A stretch of 64,000 nucleotides of DNA from Octopus bimaculoides (GCF_001194135.2 NC_069001.1:28523611-28587610); one strand, 5' to 3'. Counted from the stretch's first letter, positions 24,711 through 39,150 are shown. Notes: a model not told the origin generated them from the sequence alone. A program made the numbers and translations.

Positions 24711-25738
24711 ATAGGTACGCCAACAGAGGGCAAGATCCTCGTAGTGTCTCACATGGTAGAATGTTATAAGTATACACGACAGATAATATGGCCCTCCTCT
24801 TCCTGGAGGACGAAAAGACAGCAGTGAATCGAGAATCGTGCGGAAAAGTCATCGATGAAATCTTCTCATAGGGCTTTAGAAAAATAAGCACTAATAAATG
24901 CATAGAAATGTGCTAATATATATTTATGCAATGAACTACTGAATAACCAGTTGGTAACTTATAACAAAATTCATTATTATACACAAACATATAAACACCA
25001 AATATCACTGGGGTGTAGAATAAACATATAATTATGTAGTTGTGTGTTTTTTGTTCCTGCCGATGCAGTAGTGGGAATTAATTGTATATGATTTATAATC
25101 ATATATGACTTAATATAGCTAGATTTCAATCACAAAACTTCACAATGGCCAAACATATGTACATATTCCCGCACACACATGCGAAATGTATGTCAGTTAG
25201 CCAGCCAGTGCACACCGAACATGTAGTTGGCTTTCATGTTTGAAAATCGCACTAAATGCCTGGCTATATAGAAGTATGCCTCTCTAGACTTTATATCCTA
25301 TAGGTGTTGACATTGCTTTTCATGCATATGTTGATTGATCATAATGTGCCTATACTACTGTAAGATATAGTCAATCGATTTTAAAATATTTCTAACAAGA
25401 ATTCTCTTTGTTGCTGCTGAAAATAAATCATAGTTAGTTGACTTTTATTATTATACATACATATATATATATGAGTATGTGAGTGACTGATATCAAAAGA
25501 ACACTATATATCGGTTTGATCTCTGGAAAAGATTATTAAAAACAAAAAAATATTTTTCACATAAAATTTACACATAAGTTTCATGAGATAAACCAAATCG
25601 TTTCTGTTTAAATTTGCCAGCTATTCTGCAATAGTCTTAATACTAGAACTTTCTCAGATTTCGTGTTTATTTTTCATATTTTCAAGTTCGACATCCAGTA
25701 TTCTAATCTAAACTGAATTTTTGTATTTGCTCTGTTAT

Positions 25739-25953
25739 AAAGGGGCATGCTAGTAAAATTATGAAGGAACGCTGGAGGAAATGCTTAGCGGCATTTGTTC
25801 CGATTCGTTACCTTCTTAGTTCTAATTTCAACAAGACCGAATTCACTTTTTCATCCTTTTGGGGTTAATAAAACAAATACCAGTCAAAAGTGCTGTGATC
25901 GAAGTAATTGCCGAAGGCACCTCCAAGCTTTCAGCCCTTGTGCCTATATTAGG
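25739..25953 (+). mobile_element. SINE family A, old copy
   Basis: GAAATGCTTAGCGGCATTT, TTTTCATCCTTTTGGGGTTAATAAAACAAATACCAG and CCTTGTGCCTATATTAG match family A. Confidence 0.55.
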
Positions 25954-28314
25954 CTTATTTACTCTCTAGAAAAAAGGGACGGCATTGCTTATATTACCTG
26001 CAAGTCTCCTAAGAATATGGAGATGGTATTAGTTTGAAGCTGAAACGAGACAAAAGACTTTCAACAATGTGTGTAACTAAGAGAGAAAAAGTAAAATCAA
26101 TTCTCTAGTATTTTTCTTCCATACTTACGCTCGCATTTTGGTTTTTTGTGAAGTCAGTGTTAAACCAATGATTTTAGAAACACAAAAATCAATCGAATGT
26201 ATGGGTAGTATACAACAGATGGGGAAATAGTGACGATAGAAGACGATATACGTTTTAAAGTTATAAATTTTATGGTCGTCTGCATATTCTGAATGGATAC
26301 AAGTAAGGTCAACTAAAATGGTACTTGATCTGTCAAGAGTGAATTTGAAAACAACTTACCATGAAGCATCTATAATATGCTGTACCTTTCTATAAAACTA
26401 ATTTGGCAGTCTGAAAATATTGTACAAAAAGCCAAATAGCCATTTATATATTATCTGTGAAATATCATTCATGTAACAATAAATGTAGATGTTGTATTTA
26501 TTTTTTAAAACATGTTTATTTTTGTTCGATTATCGATTGAAACATGAAACGAATACATAAAGGAATGTTTGGCTATGTAAAAACAATGAAATGACAGTGG
26601 AAATTGTGATAATATAAATTTTAACGAATCACCATTTGAACACTATGATAATCGTGAATGGTTTATTAGATTCAACATAGAAAAAATACAACTGACGCTT
26701 TATAACAGCACGATACACACGCTGATACGCACGCACACACATGTTATTCTACGAAGAACTACAAGCAGAAACAATATCATATAATTCATATAATTGTATA
26801 TAAAAAAAACTATTTCTGATATGAATCAATGTTAGACATGAGAAAATTAAAATGAATAAAATAGGAAAATGTTCGTTTGATTAGATATATTAGTATTGGA
26901 TAAATACAAAATCGCTCTTCGATCGGTTTTTTGGACACTAGATTTGAAATATTTCAATATATCGAACGATAGATTTTTACTCTATAATGTTGGAAATTAC
27001 TTTACAAAAGCTCATGTCTATTATATGCAGAAACGTCGACGTACGTTTTCAATTTCTGTATTGGTTCTTAATTTTGATATTACTGCCCGTTCTCAGTTCA
27101 AATCATACCGAAGTAATTTTTTTTTTTTTTCATCCTTTCGTTGTCAGTAAAATAAAGTACCTCTCCTATGCTGGGGACGACCTTATACGCCTAAAATTGC
27201 TGGACTTATGCTAAAATATTAAACAAATAGCATGGCATTAACTGCGCTGTATTGATCGCTCATCCCACACCAGGCTTATAAAGTGTTGCAGCCGTAAACG
27301 ACCATCCTTTCTTATTATAATAACTTCATTACCTAATCTGTCATTTTATATGACGGCATGTCGCGATTTCAGGAAATATTACTGCAAACATACGCAGATC
27401 AAGTGGGAGCGTAAAAGCCTCGAGGTTAAATGTTCTGCAAAGTGATATATAAAACGGAAACCTCATTGATAGAAATATCAGATAGGTTTCATAAAATATG
27501 TTTGTGGCGTGAACTTAAAAACTATATTGCTTTGAGATAAACGAATTTTCCTCCCTTAATATCAAGAATATTTAACTTACCATTATTGTGACATTTGCCA
27601 TAGTCTCTCAATAATCTTTACCATAATTCAATAACCCTTTACTTTGACCTCATATATTATTTGATCGATAAAGTAATTGTAGACATTCTAACAAGTTACT
27701 TATTAAACAATTAGAACATTTTCACTATCTTTGACCTTTAAACCTTGAGGGCATTTTCTCTCCAAAGTATCGCCGGAAAATAGGCACCACGGATCAATAT
27801 CCAGATTTGCTTCAACTTTGCACCATTCGCTGAAAGTCATACAAGTCATCGTATATCGCTCTATTTAACTATTTCAGGCACATGAAACGTTATTACTTCC
27901 TATTTTTAAAGAAATATCACGAACACATCAAACACTAAGTAGACATATGCACGGAAACAAGTATATTTTTATTTCTTTTTATAAATGCATTATTATAAAC
28001 CAAAGCTTAATAACAATTTATTTTACCTCAAATCAATTTTTTGTTCGTATCTCTACATTTTTGCATCAACTTATTAAAATCTTGAATCAAGTATATCATT
28101 ATTTCTTTCCACGTGCAAAAGTATTATTCTTCTGTGTTTCCCTAACATTATAAATATCTGAATTTTATTTAAGATATCCCGCAAAGTCCTGAATATTTTC
28201 ATATGCAATCAGTTTCCAAGTAGTTTTATATCACACACACATATACGCATATATCGGTCAGTAGTTCATAAATGCAGAGAGAAGCCTACTCTAAAAGATT
28301 AGTACTGTAATATC

Positions 28315-28613
28315 TAGAAGGTTGCTTCTTATGGCTGGTGCTAGAGTGACTATTGGTTTCGCACCTACAAAGAACATAGCTGTTTAGGCGACTTGTAAGA
28401 CTCCTTGCATGCAAGTGCATAACGTCTCTACAACTAACCATGACGTTTTTCGCCCTTCAGCGGTAGAGAGTGTATGTTTCCCTGGCTATTTATGCCGGAA
28501 GAATCACCTATACGGCTAAGTAAATTAAGATTTCAAAACCTATGGCCAGTCTCTAGCCATAGGTTTTGAAACTCAGTGTGATTCTCTGACCAGCCATAAC
28601 AAACAACCTTCTA
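28315..28613. mobile_element. MITE-like element, about 300 bp, with 25-bp terminal inverted repeats
   Basis: TAGAAGGTTGCTTCTTATGGCTGGT (28315-28339) vs ACCAGCCATAACAAACAACCTTCTA (28589-28613), 23/25; the outer TA could be a TA target duplication; no coding capacity. Confidence 0.65.
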
Positions 28614-28627
28614 AAGACACACACACT

Positions 28628-28781
28628 AGCTTCCATTCAGTTTCTGTTCTACAAATTCAATCGCAAGGCATTGGTTTGCAAGAAATTATAGTAGAAGACA
28701 CTTGCCCAAAGTCTCGCGGACTAAGCCCAACACAACATGACTGCAAAGCGAACAGATTAACCACTTAGTCTGCCGGCGTCT
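28628..28781 (-). mobile_element. SINE family B, 5' half
   Basis: CAAATTCAATCGCAAGGCATTGG..TATAGTAGAAGACACTTGCCCAAAG matches the family B head in reverse. Confidence 0.6.
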
Positions 28782-30500
28782 GTAAGTTGATTTTTCTTTT
28801 TAGAAGTATGAAACAAAGATGACAAATACGAAATTTTCGCAGCATTGTTTAAATGTCTAAGTAGTTGAGACAATTTATTGTTAAAACGGTTATATGATTA
28901 GAAGTATGACATTCATATTTAGAATTTAAACATATTAAATATTTACAATTATGTGATGTTTTGACTAGTTTGTAAATATTTGTTTGCGTATTATTTCCGC
29001 AAGCGTACAACAAATCAATGACCGAATGGTAATGACCTTGTGGAGGAGTAATTTTTTTTTTTTTTNNNNNNNNNNATTTTTTTTTTTTTGCTTTTTATAT
29101 ACCACTAAAGTTTCTAATTTTCAAATGAAATCTGCAAGAATATACAAATAAAGTTCAAAGCATCTCATGACTATTTGATATCAAACTAATCAAAACATCG
29201 ATTGACCGTAAATTGAAGATAAATTAAAAGTTCACATCTTTAATAATATATTTAATATATCAAAATATGTTTTTATTCTTCAAGCTTAGAGCTCTTCAGT
29301 GCATTTCTAGTTCGAGACCGATTTAGAATCAATAGATCTGTACAACAATCAGTTCATGTGAGATTAGACTTTCGCCGAGCATCAGAATGTGACGATACAC
29401 TTGAATTTAGAGCAATGCTATTTTAAGTTTAGCTTTGTCATGTAGGAAAAATTGTGGTTAGATTTCTGGTTTAGTGACAATCTACTTTCTCACTGCCTTA
29501 ATAGTAGTAATAGGGATGTCAGTAAGCGCCGTTCTTCTTTATCAAACTGAATCAATAACAATTCCTATTATTGAAAGCAAATACGATGGTGTTGTGGGGC
29601 GGTAATATTAACTAGCAGGATCTATGGCAACACTGGCATAAATGTGATATCTAATCAGCAATGTTCTCATTTGTTCATATCTAATCATTATACTGACAGT
29701 AAAACCAGCCATATAATCGTATAATGAATTAGAATATGCACACATGCTATAAATTTGCTTGCGAACGCGTTTGGTAAAATAAGATATTTCAATTAATAAC
29801 AAAGATATTTGTGTGAAAGAATAAACCGTCCTAAATTCAGCTCTTTTGTTTCACAGAACCAGTTTACGAAATAAACAGAGGAAACACTAACAAGCCAGAA
29901 TGACTATGTCACCGAAACACAATCTACTTGAATATTCAATCGTTGATTAATATCTTAAGTGTGGTTTCGCATTGTGAAAAATTGTTATTATTATCTATAA
30001 ATACCACGTACAATAGCATGTACTTCGGCCAATAATTATTAAGATTATACGCTGAATAATCTAAAAATATACGTGTAATATGCAAAAACATTCTGAAGGT
30101 TTCGAAGAGAGTAATCATTTCGGTTTTTTTTTTTAAGACTTACACCGTTCCGTAAATCGGATATCCGTGTCCCTTCCAATAAAGAAAAACATACAGAGAG
30201 GGAAGATTTATAGACCATAGAAAACTTTATCATGTTATCTTACTAGTTCCTTGACCTCGTTTATTTTTCAAACAACTGTATTCCGAAAGATTTGGTGATG
30301 CCTTTGATCTAAATTCCTTTTTCACTTGTCTGTCTATCACTCTGTCTGTATATAAGTATATGTATAAGCGCTCGTGTCTGTGAGTATGTGTGTGTCTGGG
30401 TGTGCCTTTGTGTATGTGCGTATGTGTGATTGTGTATATATTTCATTATATATATACATCAATATGTGGATATGTATATAAATATATCAATATCCAGACA

Positions 30501-30544
<44 letters not shown>

Positions 30545-30554
30545 NNNNNNNNNN

Positions 30555-30601
<47 letters not shown>

Positions 30602-31323
30602 TCACACACACACACACGCACACACACACACACACATCCGAGTTTAGGGTGTATATGACGTATATGAATATAAAACGTGGTAAGAGTAATTACATATTGT
30701 TGATCAGAAATATAAATCTCTGGAAAAAAAAAAACACGCTTCCGAATTTATTGATAACTATTACACAACCGCATTAGAGCAAATATGTGCCCAATTAAAA
30801 TACAAGTAGATAATTAATGAATATCTTTTCAAATTTTAAAGAAAATATACGCAAAACAAATCTAACAAGCTAAAGTGAAATAATGTCGTGTAATCGTCTG
30901 GTCGTATTTGGCGTGCAGAGAAAGCCGATAGATCAATTTTTATTACAAAAATTCCAACAGACGCAAACCGATCTTGCTACATTATTTTTCCACATTTTTG
31001 TGCCGTCAATGCTTCATCTAGGCGCGAGATACGATTCCCGCCATAAACTAGTCAAATATATCGATTAACGATAAACTGCCTCTGTAATATAATAAAACAG
31101 AAACAGAATAGAAAGATATGATGATGTAGCATTCTTGATATATTGGTAAAGACAGGAACATTGAAAAACAATTTTACATCTAAAAGTTTACAGAACAAAT
31201 AAATTTGTTATGATTTTGTTCTGTTTCTGTAGTTCTAGACAGGAATGTATAGACCGCAGCGCAGACACACTGTATGTATGGTTACACCTATGCATGCATT
31301 TGTGTCTGTATATATTTTGTGTG

Positions 31324-31370
<47 letters not shown>

Positions 31371-31436
31371 NNNNNNNNNNNNNNNNNNNNNNNNNNNNNN
31401 NNNNNNNNNNNNNNNNNNNNNNNNNNNNNNNNNNNN

Positions 31437-31483
<47 letters not shown>

Positions 31484-32085
31484 GTATGTGTGTGTGTATC
31501 TTGGAATGATCTAAAATCAATTAAATGACAAATATTACAATAAATTTTTTTGCAGAAAAAAAATTATTCATATTTTACTATGTACGCTTCTGTTCAGTTT
31601 TCTAACTTACAATTTACACAGCTAATAGAATAAACTTCGTTTTGTATCATAACTATATTCATAAATATATTTACATAGATAAGAATTTTCATTCAAGCTA
31701 ATGTATAGTAGTAGTAGTAGTGATAGCAGGAGAAGAAGGAGGATGGGAGGAAGGGAAAGAAAAGAAAGGGAGGAAACTATGAAGAGAGAGAGGGAGCGAA
31801 GGTGATAGAAAGGGAGTGATAGAGAGAGGAAGATAAATCTAAACGACCGAAGGGGAGACTAAAAGGGTAAACATAAAGAGAAAGAGTGGGGGCAGATAGA
31901 CAAGTTGGAGAAAGTTAAAAGACGTTGACGCTGAAGGGCGTCAGTAGGACAAATGCATGCACATACATACGCAAGCCTCAGATACTTATCGTTCCGCTAA
32001 ATTGTCCAAACAGGCTCAAAATTAAGGAATTAATTTAGGTTATATGTAAAAACAAATCACCCATGAAATGCTAAGGAAAATTTAC

Positions 32086-32231
32086 AGGCGTGGCTGTTTC
32101 GTGAGAAGCTTGCTTCCCAACACATGGTTCCGGGTTCAGTCCCAGTGCGTGACACCTTGGTCAAGTGTCTTCTACTATTGCCTCGGGTCCGACCAAAGCT
32201 TTGGTAGACGGAGACTGAAAGAATCTCGTCG
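32086..32231 (+). mobile_element. SINE family B, 5' half (continues into (TA)n and gap)
   Basis: GGCGTGGCTG..GAGAAGCTTGCTTCCCAACACATGGTTCCGGGTTCAGTCCCA..CTTGGTCAAGTGTCTTCTACTATTGCCTCGGG. Confidence 0.8.
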
Positions 32232-32251
32232 TATATATATATATATATATA

Positions 32252-33774
32252 NNNNNNNNNNNNNNNNNNNNNNNNNNNNNNNNNNNNNNNNNNNNNNNNN
32301 NNNNNNNNNNNNNNNNNNNNNNNNNNNNNNNNNNNNNNNNNNNNNNNNNNNNNNNNNNNNNNNNNNNNNNNNNNNNNNNNNNNNNNNNNNNNNNNNNNNN
32401 NNNNNNNNNNNNNNNNNNNNNNNNNNNNNNNNNNNNNNNNNNNNNNNNNNNNNNNNNNNNNNNNNNNNNNNNNNNNNNNNNNNNNNNNNNNNNNNNNNNN
32501 NNNNNNNNNNNNNNNNNNNNNNNNNNNNNNNNNNNNNNNNNNNNNNNNNNNNNNNNNNNNNNNNNNNNNNNNNNNNNNNNNNNNNNNNNNNNNNNNNNNN
32601 NNNNNNNNNNNNNNNNNNNNNNNNNNNNNNNNNNNNNNNNNNNNNNNNNNNNNNNNNNNNNNNNNNNNNNNNNNNNNNNNNNNNNNNNNNNNNNNNNNNN
32701 NNNNNNNNNNNNNNNNNNNNNNNNNNNNNNNNNNNNNNNNNNNNNNNNNNNNNNNNNNNNNNNNNNNNNNNNNNNNNNNNNNNNNNNNNNNNNNNNNNNN
32801 NNNNNNNNNNNNNNNNNNNNNNNNNNNNNNNNNNNNNNNNNNNNNNNNNNNNNNNNNNNNNNNNNNNNNNNNNNNNNNNNNNNNNNNNNNNNNNNNNNNN
32901 NNNNNNNNNNNNNNNNNNNNNNNNNNNNNNNNNNNNNNNNNNNNNNNNNNNNNNNNNNNNNNNNNNNNNNNNNNNNNNNNNNNNNNNNNNNNNNNNNNNN
33001 NNNNNNNNNNNNNNNNNNNNNNNNNNNNNNNNNNNNNNNNNNNNNNNNNNNNNNNNNNNNNNNNNNNNNNNNNNNNNNNNNNNNNNNNNNNNNNNNNNNN
33101 NNAAAAAAAAAAAAAAAAAAAAAAACAGTGCAGGTTGTTCATCACTGAAAGTCATTTTGCTTTCTTTCTCTTTCCCTTTTTCCTGCTTTTTTCCCTCTTT
33201 TTTTCTGCTCCTCGTTGAGTTACATTTAGAATACAAAATGTACTATCTCACCTTCCAAACATTTGTATCCCTCTTAATTGTCATAGAACCTCACACCAAA
33301 GGAGTAAAAGGAAGAAAAAAGAAGGAAAGAAAGCATGACTTTCAAGTGTTGACCAAGCCCCACCTCTTTTCTTTTCTTTTTTTTTNNNNNNNNNNTTTTT
33401 TTTTTTTTGAAGAGGTCACCATCCTTAAACCCTTTCCAATACAATGGTAAAAGACTAAATAAATAAATGGTGAATAGGAAGGGGACTGCTCATTCTCTCT
33501 CTCTGTCTATCTGCCTGTCTATCTATCTACCTACCTATATTTCTATCTATCCATCTCCATTCTCATGGAAACTCACTCCCCTCCCCAAAAAATAACAAAC
33601 AAAAACAAACAATGTTCTCGCCTAAACAAATACAAGAAAACAAAAAGACATCTGTTTTATATAAATGAACAAGCTGTTTGTCTGTTAAACAAAATTTTAT
33701 TTGCCACGTTCGAGAAAGGAACGAAAGCGTTAATAATAATGAAGAAATAAAAAACAATCCAAAATTCTGACGAC

Positions 33775-33815
<41 letters not shown>

Positions 33816-34860
33816 TACATATGTAAAAACAAATAATAAATGAGTATATGCATATATACGTACAGGTGTATGCATACCTACGTCTACCTGTATATATGGG
33901 TGCATATCTCGGTACAGGACATTGCAAACAAAACGTAGACAAGAAATAATAATAACCAGAGTACAGAAAACACACAAGCCACATAGAGAACATTTTCCTT
34001 TATCAGCTNNNNNNNNNNNNNNNNNNNNNNNNNNNNNNNNNNNNNNNNNNNNNNNNNNNNNNNNNNNNNNNNNNNNNNNNNNNNNNNNNNNNNNNNNNNN
34101 NNNNNNNNNNNNNNNNNNNNNNNNNNNNNNNNNNNNNNNNNNNNNNNNNNNNNNNNNNNNNNNNNNNNNNNNNNNNNNNNNNNNNNNNNNNNNNNNNNNN
34201 NNNNNNNNNNNNNNNNNNNNNNNNNNNNNNNNNNNNNNNNNNNNNNNNNNNNNNNNNNNNNNNNNNNNNNNNNNNNNNNNNNNNNNNNNNNNNNNNNNNN
34301 NNNNNNNNNNNNNNNNNNNNNNNNNNNNNNNNNNNNNNNNNNNNNNNNNNNNNNNNNNNNNNNNNNNNNNNNNNNNNNNNNNNNNNNNNNNNNNNNNNNN
34401 NNNNNNNNNNNNNNNNNNNNNNNNNNNNNNNNNNNNNNNNNNNNNNNNNNNNNNNNNNNNNNNNNNNNNNNNNNNNNNNNNNNNNNNNNNNNNNNNNNNN
34501 NNNNNNNNNNNNNNNNNNNNNNNNNNNNNNNNNNNNNNNNNNNNNNNNNNNNNNNNNNNNNNNNNNNNNNNNNNNNNNNNNNNNNNNNNNNNNNNNNNNN
34601 NNNNNNNNNNNNNNNNNNNNNNNNNNNNNNNNNNNNNNNNNNNNNNNNNNNNNNNNNNNNNNNNNNNNNNNNNNNNNNNNNNNNNNNNNNNNNNNNNNNN
34701 NNNNNNNNNNNNNNNNNNNNNNNNNNNNNNNNNNNNNNNNNNNNNNNNNNNNNNNNNNNNNNNNNNNNNNNNNNNNNNNNNNNNNNNNNNNNNNNNNNNN
34801 NNNNNNNNNNNNNNNNNNNNNNNNNNNNNNNNNNNNNNNNNNNNNNNNNNNNNNNNNNNN
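32252..34860. other. Region containing two large assembly gaps (32252-33102 and 34009-34860)
   Basis: N runs; other large gaps at 1727-1924, 5229-5366, 10803-11052, 23121-23246, 47335-47893, 57644-57826, 60804-60903. All X-containing ORFs are artefacts. Confidence 0.99.
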
Positions 34861-34940
34861 TAGACTGCTGGTGATCTTGACGTATGTAGTGTGAAAATGG
34901 GGGAAGGGAGAAAGGAAGAAAGTAGTTGGTCAGTTGTAGT

Positions 34941-35006
34941 GTGTGCGTGGTGTGATGCGAGGGTATTGGTGTGGTGTGCGTGGTGTGATGCAAGGGTATT
35001 GGTGTG
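34941..35006. repeat. 33-bp tandem duplication (1 mismatch) in a G/T-rich tract
   Basis: GTGTGCGTGGTGTGATGC(G/A)AGGGTATTGGTGTG x2. Confidence 0.9.
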
Positions 35007-36280
35007 GTGTGATGTGAGGTTGTTGGGAGGTGGGGAAGGCATGGGTGGAGTGTGGGGTAGAGGTAGGGGTATGTGGGTAATCATACGTTTACTCATATAG
35101 TCGCACATTCAGAATTTGTATTTGGAAGCTTAAATAACATTGTGATGTTAATAAAAGTCAGGATAACATATGGATAATAAGCATACTTTACATATTAGGA
35201 CACACAATCCAGAGATGAGACCATCTCTCATCTGTGGTCCTTCATTTATTTAATATGTATACGATCGTTTACGTTTTACATATACATAGTCCTATTTGAT
35301 TTTCAAGATATCCCTCATTATTTAATTATCGCAAACTTCTTACTATAAATCCACGCATGAGCCTATCTTAAACATTACTTTTTTTTTCTGTTAAGCATTA
35401 AACAATCCTTTTTTTCTGTTAAATATAAACATTCTAAAATCTCTTTCTGTACAACACACATAGTACGCATCACAAATTTTACCAACCTGGTGTATCACTA
35501 TTTCAAGTGGGTGACGGAATTTTCTATTTTCTCTCAACAAAGCAAAAGAAATAATTGATTTTAAGCTATCCTATTTTCTCAATCATTATACATGTTAAAT
35601 ATTTAGTCTTCCGCTTTCAAGGGAATTAATTCATTGTTGTACTTTAAAAAAAAAACGATTGGGTTAAAGTTAATACATATATTCTCGTTCTCAGTCATGT
35701 TATCTTGAACTTAACATATATTTGAACCTCCGGTTCTATAAGCGATTCATGACGAGAAAGGAAAAGAGAGAGTATTGTGCATTATTGACATTTTAAAGAT
35801 AACTAGAAAATCGATATTTATTATACAAGGAGTTTAAAATACCCCCTCCTATAAAAATCAATAAATATTGTTCAAGGAATAAGCAGCCAAAACATATATG
35901 TTTATTATGTGTGTAAAGTATTTCATTTTATTATAGCCTTGAAAAATTATAAATAACAAACTCCAAGTAAAGTAAAGCAGATAGAAAATTGATTTTCTAT
36001 ATGTAACTTTGTGCTAAAATGTCTGCTTTCTTGTGGAATCGAATATGCTTTATATTTTAAGTAAATGTCTTTGCATGAGACCTTGTAGCTTAGGTAAAGA
36101 AGATGGTGCATTAAGAGTTCTCAATCTGTTCTCGATCGAGCAAGTTGCGGCGTGCAACGTAATTTATGTAGGAAAAAATGCATATATTGATCCGCCAAGA
36201 GGCATGTCAAGCGTTCACGAGGAAGAGAACATAAAAGTGATATTTTTGTTTATAGTTTTGTAGTTATTTTGTAAATTTCA

Positions 36281-36329
<49 letters not shown>

Positions 36330-37257
36330 TGTACTATGTTATATGTGTAGAATCTTATTTCTTTTGTTTCTAAGAGAAATCTTAAAACACTTCCATTCAT
36401 TCTTCTAATTTGGAGAAAGAAGAATCTTAGTAGATCTCGTATTACCACAAACACGCAGTGAAATGCATGTAGGCACACACATGGATTCACGCAGACATAC
36501 AGAAGACAGTCGGAAAGCTGCATATAGACGAGTACACACGCATATCGTGTATACTCAAATAAATCTATGAAACTGAATGCCTTGGTGAATGTGTGGAACT
36601 GTTCGCGTCTCAGTTCGTAATGTCTTGCGCTCCTAATCGTAATATTACGGTTTCAATTCTTGGACTGAGTGACACGTTTTATTCGTCAGTAAAACACTTC
36701 ATGCCGCGTCGTTCAAATTCACTTCGCTGGAAAATGAGCAATACTGCTCAATATAATACAGCCGACCCCGTCAAACCACAATAGGATTCGGAAAAGTGGA
36801 TTGTATATTCATAATACAGCATTCAGAAACGTATATTTAAACATCAGCGTGATAGAGATGAGTACGTTTTAGGGCTTCCTAAATCAATGTAGTCAAAACA
36901 TATAAAGAGCATATGCAACGGGAACTATAAACAATTCAAAATATCATTTAAAATAAATAACAATTTATCTTTTGAACGTTGCAGGGTTACGTTAGTAACA
37001 TTAATGAAAGAATCATATGTGTGCTATCTATATGCATTTATAAAGCAATTCACTTATTGAATAATGTTAGCTGTGAGATATTATTTTTCAGTATCATATA
37101 TATAATAGTTCAGGTTGCTCAGTACACTATAAGATTAAGTTACCATACATGACACACAAAAAGACAAACAGGCACACACACACACACGCAAGAAATACAA
37201 GAACATAAAAAAACCTACATATATATATATATGCTTATATATATACACATATTATTG

Positions 37258-37299
<42 letters not shown>

Positions 37300-37560
37300 C
37301 ATTTTCTGGGGAGAGTTATTCTCTTTTAGTTCCTTATTACTTAACACACTCGTTGACAAACGACTGTTGAAGAGGTTGGAAGACGCAACGAAAATTTTAG
37401 AAAATATAAATATTTAAATGAATGAAAATTGAACCGTTGAGTGTTATGCAATAAGGTACTAAAAGACACAGTAAAATATGCTTCAACACGTGAATTCACA
37501 TAAAGAATCTTGCAAACCTAATACAAAAACGATATATATATATGTGCGTGCGTGTGTGTG

Positions 37561-38115
37561 TTTTCGGTATTATTTCAAGATTTTTTTGCCAATAGAGAAA
37601 GAGTTGGTTTCTAACCTAGATCCAATGCCTCTTCACGGTATTTTTGTATGTATGTATGGATGGATATGAGAATATTTGTATGTTTTGTGTGTTTTGCTTT
37701 ATCCATATGCATATAGTTGTATATCTAGACATGCTCATATATATTTAAATTATAAACTTCTGGAAAGTTTTACAGATTTTTACAGGCCGAATAATGGAAT
37801 GATTCGTGATGGTCGAATTCGCTTTTTCCTTTCTGGTTTTGAGGAGCCTAATTTCTCAAGATTGATATTTAGGCAGTGTGTTATATATCCCAGGGCCGCA
37901 ATAAGTACAGGTATAAACCTGGACATGTAGTCTGGATAGTGTAACTGCATATTTCTCAATACTTCGGCGCAGGTATTTTCTTTTTCAGTGGTCTTCGGCT
38001 TTATGTTAACATCTGCTGGGCAGCTAATTTCCACGCCTGTAAACAGTTTCTCTTCTCTATTTCATATCATTGTATCAGGTCTGTGGTGCTTAGATTTTAT
38101 TGAGGTCTTCAGTTC
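37561..38115 (-). mobile_element. Second RLE-type LINE 3' fragment (different family from 11412)
   Basis: KTSIKSKHHRPDTMI*NREEKLFTGVEISCPADVNIKPKTTEKENTCAEVLRNMQLHYPDYMSRFIPVLIAALGYITHCLNINLEKLG: RPD..E.SCP..EK endonuclease motif and IPxxIgALG motif; followed by presumed 3' UTR (boundary approximate). Confidence 0.8.
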
Positions 38116-38959
38116 GCCAACACAATGTTTAAGTGTATCGGTCATGCACAGAGAATAACATTTGTGGAGGAATGTTAAACTCGGCACTGTTTCAGAAGGA
38201 AGCTGTATAGTTTACCTTGTCAATTCTTAAACTTTTAATGAAGATAAAGTTTACGGACGATATAGCAAAAAAAAAAAAAAAAAGGTGGGAAGGAGAAACG
38301 AATATACAGAATCTACAAAAACATCAGAAACTGAAGACTATGTGGGCTTGGAATATTCAATAACATATGGAGAATAATTTAAATGCTCTTTGAGAACTCT
38401 TTGCAAATTGGTACGTAAATATAATTGAAGCTACAGAACACCCGAAAAAACTTGTTTTGAAATTTTATTATTTGTGTGTCACGGTTTTTTTGTAAGTGAA
38501 AGGCGTTGATTATGGTTTATGTTTGTGTCGGTGGGTGGGTTGCAGTTTCTTTCTCTGGATTCCTTTGTTCTTTTTAAGTTTGTTGATATATATATTACTG
38601 ATTAGCCTTATTTTTCTTCTAAATTTATTGTGGAATAAACAACGTGAAAACATTTGCTCATGTATTTTTTTCTCTTGCTTAACATTCGTTTCACTCGGTT
38701 CTACGCCACGTGGGAGGTATTAGTCATTCAAACGAATGCACTAATTCATGCTCACACCTATGTGAAAACACACATAACTACATACGCATACACAAACGCA
38801 CACACACACACACGCACACACATATATACAAGCATGTACGTACACATAAACATATGTTTGTCTGCGCGTATATATAACTGTATGACAATATAATGCAGAT
38901 ACAGAGATAAATATGTGTATGTGTGTGTGTATGTATATATATATATATATATATGTATG

Positions 38960-39150
38960 CATAGATAGACAGATAGATAGATAGATAGATAGATAGCGAT
39001 ATAGATAGACACATAGATAGATAGGAACATAGACAAATAGATAGATAGNNNNNNNNNNAGATAGATAGCGATATAGATAGACACATAGATAGATAGGAAC
39101 ATAGACAAATAGATAGATAGATAGTTAGACAAATAGATAGATAGCCCGAT
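38960..39150. repeat. (ATAG)n-derived tetranucleotide repeat
   Basis: Directly visible; interrupted by a 10-N gap. Confidence 0.9.

Noticed and set aside
24546-24827. 93-aa plus ORF with a transmembrane-like stretch
   Set aside because: The hydrophobic run is the antisense of the Gln-rich gag N-terminus.
38990-39120. About 60-bp unit repeated on both sides of a 10-N gap
   Set aside because: Probably overlapping contig ends duplicated by scaffolding.
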